In this document: positions 60,901 to 64,000 of the stretch, one piece after another | How the letters are laid out: the number at the start of each line of letters is the position of its first letter | Position numbering within the stretch: position 1 is the first letter of the stretch | Origin: Candidatus Woesearchaeota archaeon | GTDB taxonomy: Archaea > Nanobdellota > Nanobdellia > Woesearchaeales > JAFGUC01 | NCBI GenBank assembly: GCA_016938695.1 | Contig: JAFGUC010000043.1 | Coordinates: 119,213 to 183,212 of the forward strand | DNA: 64,000 bases | Direction of reading: 5' to 3' | The notes under the pieces: generated by a model | Databases searched by the model: none | Told to the model about the DNA's origin: nothing | The model's input: the letters and a program-made list of their open reading frames with translations, nothing else | Program-made: the position numbers and the translations under genes

Positions 60901-60929
60901 CCTGCAACAAGTCCCACCTCTTTTTTCAT
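48942..60929 (-). CDS. Giant fusion protein, 3995 aa: signal/anchor, FG-GAP/VCBS-like repeats, ectodomain of about 3300 aa with Ig-like modules, single TM helix, HerA/FtsK-like (DUF87) ATPase, tail of about 190 aa
   Basis: The frame is 11,988 nt and uninterrupted, with an ATG preceded by an AAGGTGAG RBS. The N-terminus is MKKEVGLVAGIILLLLTSLQTSF. Repeats of the type NE[IL].VV...G are present. The TM helix is IWVILSFILLITVVLGGV (about 50712-50775). After it come SRRYHLP...IIAGSTGGGKTVAAQGVVEHALDKNIGVVVFDPTAQW...MVYDEVHRLLP...GIGLVLISQ. The C-terminus ends KKGISESQIRQKLKSQKWPEDSIDEIFKLL. Confidence 0.9.
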   Translation of the reverse strand: MKKEVGLVAGIILLLLTSLQTSFYTSDVDFNGSSIYLHNTQSYPVKGHNWIIAFDTLGIDNLTFSGIDTVFDLDLRVDALYCGLEERSDLLNLVNSNYVISSWDCDVTTFLVVKELTSGKHHIRIQYGTDYVIASNAAAEANQDGDLLNLYNLTVPFIQDHFTDSETQKIFVVSGTLDQTVNFYMPEESDSVVAGFNIAGTVSTSIQGENTNIYSISAGNVTNQTSIVTGLDGVLEIYGYNDSTSEWYINHTIESADIFSNVLVGEFNTSFPLDEVVYTSQNSIYVVRATNAGIYAEWNDTPSMNDIIDVELMQTDGDALNELAVVTDNSLFIYDDDGTLLNSALGFANGIKDVACGNVDASANDEIIVVSTGDDVTRVYDYQAGFLRSVPVTNPYSVAVGELNGGSSLNEIAVVNGSSISIMSNNLIKLNSVSYDITSRASKLLISDVMSTSAGNELVAGFSGGGGLAGHFVIYSTGLGILWDYDTGAGAVMDMLSYDVNSQSGNELIVADDAKAWYIQNGNNYPQDVSVYVGADLIFENPGIFSSNESFFFSGNLSEYLSTCSNLCSVPIRVTASNYGQISVGFSVDYVYNLTGVLDYAIESSFYSFDNITANVSYPYEHARIFYNDQIYDNLLFNYLAMDWTASSCFFNGRFYSNYTDTLNMCDITTNPYVVLGNGTTPPNAYYWTSDYKSCYQSYYTTSSSSSASETNITYTLTSNVSSALTNTILEFNLTNLGNINNDTLYYKSGLTLYDITPLIIDRESCNSPSPDFDVFNHDGRTFGTCFEDTDDNTIVDFVKIRLNSLAAASSIQYYVHRFNNYFPYLTNVYLEDYNPPWGENITFNVTIADAESDLINVSLYLRTPGSSTFSRYDWKQIAAGANASFDVIVQSSWIGMVEYYFNYTDGYHPRIISSNYNDFIVRKHYASVEYFYGNNSNVNRSGTAKTKLSVRIFDLDTSSYVSEGVLGRPYVGASSFSLTATNLTGYLSLDFDPGFSFTPGPTSWYFALQDSSYFANQSSLFNVNVWGTIFTIPSNPTLSPVSGGDVGRQISSEYPNEINWTFLQVIDDYGFNLGGSVNFTVYWRDVIVNDTPNCNDFIGGFTIPPATPMFMDDDYLSFWINRTWYNSYHYTSADYIVHDSINFTYDYPPNNTIVYRTASLLPNQITFSVHLTMDSGDVEGQNLLIQTDLGQCTPVINYTGGIYNCTYNPADTSIPGNYSWWAEIDNGGGNIERAQINGTFLIHSIVNISEMDPEDSGSVYGLSADLYCNVTDYDLPKISAQSPIYNKTVYFYNDTDLIGSSNTNASGIAHIIWDISSITADQLINITCNTTTEPLKFNTVFGGISSITHEVRVDLFEQLFIESLLPNGTSVGRVNVSGYPEFANLSVHVTDSDGSNITNATIYFDVFGDSDDDCITGVVEVGNGTYYCLYDPKDDLVPGVYNWSAKAVKEFKLNSSWSENHTLNIKAFGSLDFVSKDLVFARSANADLFARLLDYSSQPILSSFGCDWYIDGIYNGTTGMNSTGYCNYTWMTDTSCYSELPSGDYNVTVFLAWADSDFYVLKNNDTGNITLEDSSFNLNIVSPLQNVRKYRTDDVWLNVSVQDSCFNDIVVFDVDWYYYSSSDMMNHSIVSLSNQDSYFWNINDSILLGPSMIYANVTVPSITSIVDNVSVSVWGWGKIFGATDIPALGTYMEGDIVTLRCNVTDANVSISELGYNLTGYNVNFYVDGIHMFTNVSQNGVAYYNWNTSGNISADANYNLTCGLNFNSGLFYNRSNVLSEQNSSVIVYVDMLDPMDVNLTSPENNTMVSTYNDSYYYPTVINLTADVFDGLNPILNADITWNIPAGSCLTEINHSNGTYSCLYQPSLVLVPGTYNWSVYAEAFGKVGVLSENRTIDLMGLVKLEANTSYILRNEISPIVANLIDWKNNSLDFAGYNCTFYLDDKYLGWNITNATGDCLISNDVRGNCSFNLGELELKTFITGSSPYWNSSYYNVTQNITVKDSNITITFLSPLDDSINYRTGNILMNATAVDSCGPVIGSTFTWYDDYVLLNVGNNFYFDSSAEPLGDHNLTLQVSGPNYVSYNDTINYSIWTYSKVYFVGPATNNFGLGYPVEILCGVNTSDTNQVISNYLVTLKEEAAVVGSSLTNGSGVARFIWTPSVPGLRSLFCEISTSKPYTPSLASVLKVANVTDIDPPVIISANVTPLQGYVNYFTFDLDARVSDLSNVSQVWFRFNNSYHDQNVTLVTRVTVNATTYDFSALFVPSFGGVFDVYVYSNDSSGNTGHQLVGIVNILNSTYVNLTIDPFQNMTLNNLTRSNRYEFPIAFNATNIGLTPMFNTSFIFSIPKGVQINVTNSKAEFLNAISTTVPADFETFNITYTNYSISCGDILASGNCFGLSNYKIYPNATIGNNTIKIYFRWMNPSNEYVVVSQEFLIDVLNNTVVHSDTDEINALITPGHDEVISNFTIEAFGTTPLENITLTIIPQTSPPTLMSLDWFNITAFGNLSHLGKLSDMIVNLTMNIPSSNYTYEFLNYHYPATSWDYEFTLLVNVSNNSNYCRYSSACSIEIPITVVVGASKWSIVDGGIVTEEHISRKIAYNQTAFLGYIPVYNYQTQSTGNIPFTILNLPNTNSTINTSDFLFFQNTSAIALKSSETRIPVYYATNETVGNFTGYIVFDAVSDTITPNQLNISVDLEVVPFGVFLDYPTEISPYRDLYAGDLLNAKARVYYNGLPLSDNVYFVLNVSGEPSEIILSSYNASDEIWYFQFAAPEIEHNPISNYLKFTAIYNNVEAFAFENNSLIYVDVIPPWFEDPYADFIEPGENMNLRVKIFDNVQVNETYINLTHLNASGANVTERYNLTYQGDDTYSVQLFNMVSGDYRVKFIAYDNYSTNESVLNGSDIRHMGTYNWWFGVYNKTRIFGKVNDRVGHGYKGNMILSNPYHVDETLFEVPMDDFGSYDEIVHRRNYSLTLNSSIDLKIYLMLRNVDLYNVSNVFDFIDVDMKDDVNGYTIDDRKVYKVYGFDSPFNSLAGIYIDYSDVVVDDINKMFLYQCNLWDFNNESCLGTWTKIDQRSYVNIDGNTYFYSPFNFTSQSAIALVHDVPPIDQNNFISMNTQTSSGQINPSVLKKVLEEKLNESRQEILNETHSIIDPYLDSLSTFEEFNKKYGLNFEDITRMLYQGENLSIPLFLKNSQGVDLQVKLGYSDSLSDFFTINTSEFTLKAMRESQLLLKLHIPKDYPTGVYNGNFEIVVGSDAIRLPVSLRVIEQDSLQLQMFVKLLGDYVVLGKNLGLDIELYNPSDEMKNVSLGFEVYDMNNNLLYEISNLIDLNTYYNNVSLLSIPQNLSEGEYYVKTKISYALNGFVKEFSRVNRFEIVNPLLYREIYGVPIWVILSFILLITVVLGGVKVQQVVVEKSRRYHLPVFFKELPLVKTESRVPLGKLSEYEKEVFFDVDNLMTHTIIAGSTGGGKTVAAQGVVEHALDKNIGVVVFDPTAQWTGFFRKNDDNGMFNYYSKFGLRRKDARSYPGTIVVIEDALQKIDLKKHMNPGEITVFSLHKLEPREIDIFVASTVKQVFSQGLDEDSHLKNLMVYDEVHRLLPKFGGSGAGFVQIERACREFRKWGIGLVLISQVLSDFVGEIKANINTEVQMRTKDEADLQRLKTKYGEDVLRSVVKAETGNGMMNNPAYNKGKPFMVNFRPLLHSPRRLKEADLEKYIGYSNKLEEIIHNVGLLEKHEVDVFDFNLEIKLAKEKLASGSFTMVDMYLEGLTSRLDESLQAHGLTREKVPIEKIDMDELRDDIERARKAHGGSIGVKKVEKVESSGSSNYYNKFLDKLEGTKETSSVNLSKISEFSDIEVSKPKSSSRKSSIDIPVIKETPSKTKEDDVNTQYSNFQSRVDNLKRSGVNTKMLELNMKYISSDINALQKNYIDRYYTNAQEKLKNIETDIIAAEHILNMRDTVKGYIKKGISESQIRQKLKSQKWPEDSIDEIFKLL
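49515..50683 (-). repeat. Copy B of the duplicated ATPase-domain coding segment (partner at 46810..47971)
   Basis: See copy A. Both copies are in frame and sit in the same position relative to the TM helix. Confidence 0.85.
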
Positions 60930-61507
60930 CTACTTCTCACCTTATTGTATGTCGTCCAAATAGTACTAAGACTTTTATCCAACAATACCGATACATCCTT
61001 TATTTTCATTCCTTGAGTATCGACCAAGAACATTACAACATTTTCCAAAACACTGTTTTTTAAAACATAACTAGAAAGGGGCATAACACAAGAAAAATCT
61101 AACTTTAAAGAAAGATTTCGTTTTTGAGAATTTCTATATGTAGTCCAAACACTACTTTCACTTTTTCCCAAATATTGAGAAATTTCCTTATGACGCAAAT
61201 TCAGATTTTCTTTTAAATATTTGACAATTGATTCATATGGACTAAATCCAGAAGCAAAAATAGAAATAGGAATTATTAATTCATTTTTTGAAACCAAAGA
61301 ATTGAACTGAGCGATTAAATCTTTGACATCACCACTCTTTTTTATACGCTCAACAAGAACCTCAAAAAGAAACTTGCCTTCTTCTTCAGAAAGCAAACTA
61401 CAAAACCTTTCAAATTCATGTAACAAGCGTTCATCATTAAACTTCTTAAAACTATCAAGAATTGAAACAGATTCTGTAAAATGACCTAACCCTTTCCCCA
61501 CTTCCAT
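60926..61507 (-). CDS. Double helix-turn-helix (sigma-70 region 4 / LuxR-like) putative transcription regulator, 193 aa
   Basis: Two similar segments are present: SPYESIVKYLKENLNLRHKEISQYLGKSESSVWTTYRNSQKR and VLENVVMFLVDTQGMKIKDVSVLLDKSLSTIWTTYNKVRSR. The stop overlaps the start of the giant gene by 4 nt. Confidence 0.6.
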   Translation of the reverse strand: MEVGKGLGHFTESVSILDSFKKFNDERLLHEFERFCSLLSEEEGKFLFEVLVERIKKSGDVKDLIAQFNSLVSKNELIIPISIFASGFSPYESIVKYLKENLNLRHKEISQYLGKSESSVWTTYRNSQKRNLSLKLDFSCVMPLSSYVLKNSVLENVVMFLVDTQGMKIKDVSVLLDKSLSTIWTTYNKVRSR

Positions 61508-61801
61508 AATATAGTAGTAAATAATATATAAATCATTTAAAAATATTTCGATTTAATAAAAATAAAATACAAAATAATGGTAAAAAAACATAAAAAAATA
61601 AAAAAATACAGCAAAAAATCAAAAAAAAACTATTTTTTAAACAAAAAATAATAAAATATACAAAATAATAACAAAAAAAATCAAAAAAACTAAAAGAAAA
61701 GAAAAAAATAATAGTAAAAATCAAAAATAAATTAAAATAAATTAAAATAATAACAAATTTAATAAAAAATAATAAAATAAATCAAAAATAACAATAATTA
61801 T
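61508..61801 (-). promoter_or_regulatory. Low-complexity spacer of about 290 nt, A-tract on the plus strand and T-tract on the minus strand; terminator/promoter zone upstream of the regulator-giant operon
   Basis: The spacer is almost entirely A and T, with repeated A5-A9 runs (e.g. caaaaaaaaac, acaaaaaaaatc) and a short direct repeat aaataaatta x2 around 61727-61746. It is the longest non-coding stretch in the window. It lies between the rnp3-like stop and the regulator start, both on the minus strand. Confidence 0.4.
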
Positions 61802-62392
61802 TTAAAAATAATCAAAAGAAACATTGTGAATATATTTGTTTTTAACAATTCCAAATAAACTAACCAAAGAACAAACATCTGCCGAAAAAGACATTTCTAA
61901 AGGAGATTTTGCAAAAGAAAAAACAGACATTCTAAAATCATATTTTTTAGATAAAGTAAAATTTTGATTTAGTCTACCAAGAAAATCTGAAAATAAATCA
62001 ACTACATCAAATTTAAGGCATTCTGCAACCAAAATGTTATTGTCATGCAAAGATTTAGCAACCACCTGATTCATTCCCGAATTTCTAATGTGAGTATATT
62101 TTTTCCTACCAGTACTTGTTAAATTCAACAAAATATCAATCTCTGAAAAATTAGACAAAGACTCAAAAGAAGAATTTAAAAGATCAAGTACAGATAAATA
62201 ACCCTTGGATTTAACAGACATTATTTTATTAGATTCACACAAGACTCCAATTCTAACAGGAAAATTAAATTTAATAGAAGGTACTTCACTTATAGAATCA
62301 TACACAAAAATAATAGAATCATAACCTAATTCTTGTGCTTTAACAATGAAATCAGACTCATTACTTGAAGGAAAAACAATATCAAAGACCAT
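61802..62392 (-). CDS. rnp3: RNase P protein component 3 (Rpp30-like), 196 aa
   Basis: The size and pattern fit archaeal Rpp30: N-terminal FDIVFP....F...A.ELGYDSIIF, central GMNQVVAKSLHDNNILVAECL, and C-terminal KKYDFRMSVFSFAKSPLEMSFSADVCSLVSLFGI, compared with the Rpp30 motif ..iSSgA......R.P.d...l...lG. Confidence 0.5.
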   Translation of the reverse strand: MVFDIVFPSSNESDFIVKAQELGYDSIIFVYDSISEVPSIKFNFPVRIGVLCESNKIMSVKSKGYLSVLDLLNSSFESLSNFSEIDILLNLTSTGRKKYTHIRNSGMNQVVAKSLHDNNILVAECLKFDVVDLFSDFLGRLNQNFTLSKKYDFRMSVFSFAKSPLEMSFSADVCSLVSLFGIVKNKYIHNVSFDYF

Positions 62393-62447
62393 CTTTAATC
62401 AAAACCTTAGCAAATTATATAAAGATTTTCCAACAATATAAAAAGAT
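62393..62447. promoter_or_regulatory. Bidirectional promoter with a single palindromic TATA box (TTATATAA, 62415-62422)
   Basis: The palindrome centre is about 26.5 nt from the rnp3-like ATG (62392) and about 29.5 nt from the cdd ATG (62448). Neither gene has an RBS-like motif, which is consistent with leaderless transcripts. Confidence 0.35.
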
Positions 62448-62906
62448 ATGCATACGGCACCAAAATACAAAATAACTAAAGAACAAATTGACAAGCTAAT
62501 TAAAAATGCAATTACTGTTCAAAAAAATGCATATGTTCCAGTAACAGAATATGGAGTTGGAGCATGCGTTCTAACAGAAGATGACAAATTTTTCAAAGGA
62601 TGTAATGTTCAAAGTGTAATCTCGGGACTTGGAACATGTGCAGAAAGAAATGCAATAGACAACGCAATAACCAACAAACAATACAAATTTAAGGCGATTG
62701 CAATTGCATCAAAAGACGGTGTTGCACCATGTGGAATGTGTCTGCAATATCTAAATGAATTTTCAGAAGTGTCAAAAAAAGACATAATTATAATCTGTAC
62801 GACATTAGATAAAAAAATAGTCAAAAAAACAACACTATTAAAAACAGTACAGGACCTATATGGACCAGAAGAAGGAAAAAAAGACCTAACGAAGTACAAA
62901 AAATGA
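62448..62906 (+). CDS. cdd: Cytidine deaminase (homotetrameric type)
   Basis: The zinc-binding motifs CAERNAI and PCGMCLQYL are present. The length is 152 aa. Confidence 0.85.
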   Translation: MHTAPKYKITKEQIDKLIKNAITVQKNAYVPVTEYGVGACVLTEDDKFFKGCNVQSVISGLGTCAERNAIDNAITNKQYKFKAIAIASKDGVAPCGMCLQYLNEFSEVSKKDIIIICTTLDKKIVKKTTLLKTVQDLYGPEEGKKDLTKYKK

Positions 62907-63598
62907 TGAAAAGAGTACAAAAAATAATTAGTGAATGTGGAATTACATCTAGAAGAAAAGCAGAAGAATTAATTGAAAAAGGAAAAGTAAAAGTTAACGA
63001 TAAAGTAATTACTATAGGTGACAAAGCAGACATTACAACAGACAAGATAGTTGTTGAAGGTAAATTGCTAAAACCACAAAAAAGAGTTTATCTTGCATTA
63101 AACAAACCAAAAGGATTAGTCACAAGTACAAAAGATCCACACGAAAAAACAATAATGGATTTAGTTCCTCAAAAATATAGAAAATTAAATGTTTTTCCTG
63201 TTGGAAGATTAGATAAACATACCGAAGGATTATTATTCTTAACTAATGACGGAGATTTTGCAAATCAAATAATGCATCCAAGTAACAAAACTGAAAAAAA
63301 ATATGAAGGAATTGTTGCAGGAAATCTTTCCAAAGAAAATGTTGACAAAATTAGAAGTGGAATTGTAATGGAAGAAGGAATTGCAAGATGCAAAATATTT
63401 ACAAAACCAATGGAAGGAAATACATTTTTCATCATTACAATAAAAACAGGATGGAACAGACAAGTTAGACGAATGTTTGAAGCAGTAGGACACAAAGTAA
63501 TAAACCTGAAAAGAACAGCAGTCGGAAATTTTACACTCGACCATCTTGGAAAAAAAAGAATTCAAGAATTAAGTTCATACGAAATGAAGAAAATTTAA
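62903..63598 (+). CDS. Pseudouridine synthase, RsuA/RluB family, with N-terminal S4 domain
   Basis: It has an S4-like N-terminus (RVQKIISECGITSRRKAEELIEKGKVKVND), the catalytic motif GRLDKHTEGLLFLTNDG, and GWNRQVRRMF. Confidence 0.85.
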   Translation: MMKRVQKIISECGITSRRKAEELIEKGKVKVNDKVITIGDKADITTDKIVVEGKLLKPQKRVYLALNKPKGLVTSTKDPHEKTIMDLVPQKYRKLNVFPVGRLDKHTEGLLFLTNDGDFANQIMHPSNKTEKKYEGIVAGNLSKENVDKIRSGIVMEEGIARCKIFTKPMEGNTFFIITIKTGWNRQVRRMFEAVGHKVINLKRTAVGNFTLDHLGKKRIQELSSYEMKKI

Positions 63599-64000
63599 TT
63601 TTTTTTATTCAATCTTTCTAATATCAAACATTTACTACATAATTCATTTGGAGAAGGGTCTCCACAACTTTTGCAATATCCTGCAGGAGCAGAAACTTTT
63701 TGTTTTAATTCTAGTAAAATTTTCAAAAAAGAATCTATTATTTTTCTCTTTGTTCCACGCTTTTTAGATTCTATTAAATTCAAATTTGTTCTAACTTGTG
63801 CTCGAAAAGATTCATTAGCATAAGGACATTCAATAAATCCAACCCTAAAACCCATAAGTACAGTATACAACATAACTTCCTTTTCTGTCACAAAATATAG
63901 TGGCTTATACCTCTTTGAAAATAAAGAATCTGTTGTAATTCCAGTCACAGGACCTAAACGTGACAATAAATCCAGTCTATTGGTTAAATAATTCATGATC
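63595..64000 (-). CDS. PP-loop tRNA 2-thiolation protein (TtuA/NcsA-like), C-terminal part only (N-terminus beyond the right edge)
   Basis: It has IECPYANESFRAQVRTNLNLIESKKRGTKRKII and a C-terminal zinc finger (CKSCGDPSPNELCSKC). The frame is open to the window end. Confidence 0.55.
   Translation of the reverse strand, partial: IMNYLTNRLDLLSRLGPVTGITTDSLFSKRYKPLYFVTEKEVMLYTVLMGFRVGFIECPYANESFRAQVRTNLNLIESKKRGTKRKIIDSFLKILLELKQKVSAPAGYCKSCGDPSPNELCSKCLILERLNKKN

Noticed and set aside
61533-61724. A 63-aa ORF (F/I/C/L-rich) in the long spacer.
   Set aside because: It is a translation of T-tracts on the minus strand. The composition is an artefact, and there is no RBS.
1-64000. CRISPR arrays, tRNA/rRNA genes, integrases, transposases, toxin-antitoxin pairs and known defence-system signatures.
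   Set aside because: I looked for regularly spaced direct repeats, GC-rich structured islands in the few intergenic gaps, and nuclease or recombinase motifs, and found none. The HerA-like ATPases have no adjacent nuclease (NurA, Sir2, etc.), which argues against a HerA-based defence module.
1-64000. Alternative genetic code or recoding.
   Set aside because: ORFs of up to 12 kb are uninterrupted under the standard code, and stops fall where neighbouring genes begin. Reassignment is not needed to explain the window.

Overview
The window is visibly AT-rich and very gene-dense. Many neighbouring genes overlap by 1-29 nt, including convergent 3' overlaps. It reads as a small-genome (DPANN-like) archaeon. 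The archaeal assignment rests on nine proteins with class III (type IV pilin-like) signal peptides, an A24 prepilin/preflagellin peptidase, an RNase P Rpp30-like subunit and a TtuA/NcsA-type tRNA thiolase fragment. GGTG/GAGGTG ribosome-binding motifs precede internal operon genes, and TATA-like boxes sit about 28 nt upstream of first genes.

About 61 of the 64 kb is one cell-surface supercluster with four parts:

1. 1-27035 (minus strand): a roughly 27 kb operon. It holds nine pilin-like proteins, including three tandem 6-Cys mini-pilins and a 1079-aa 'giant pilin'. It also holds Sec-type giant surface proteins of 1185, 3008 and 1473 aa. A divergent pair follows at 27172-30068: a polytopic membrane protein and a prepilin peptidase.
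2. 30057-36534: a peptide-maturation island. It looks like a His-Xaa-Ser (HxsA/D/B/C) radical-SAM system, with an extra Cys-rich membrane protein, a third radical SAM enzyme and an APH-type kinase.
3. 36802-44021: a glycan assembly and export cluster (one GT2, three GT4, Wzm/Wzt-like ABC-2 transporter, PglC/WbaP-type phosphoglycosyl transferase).
4. 44789-61507 (minus strand): an operon led by a double-HTH regulator. Its main gene encodes a 3995-aa protein made of a giant ectodomain, one TM helix and a cytoplasmic HerA/FtsK-like (DUF87) P-loop ATPase. Next comes a 726-aa paralog whose ATPase half is about 90% identical while its ectodomain is barely alignable. Two coiled-coil proteins and a tail-anchored mini-protein complete the operon.

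I consider part 4 the best candidate for an undescribed system, with part 1 second. Housekeeping genes (rnp3-like, cdd, RsuA-type pseudouridine synthase, TtuA-like) occupy the last 2.2 kb.

I saw no rRNA, tRNA, CRISPR array, transposase or integrase. All domain calls come from motif recognition by eye, and no database search was run.
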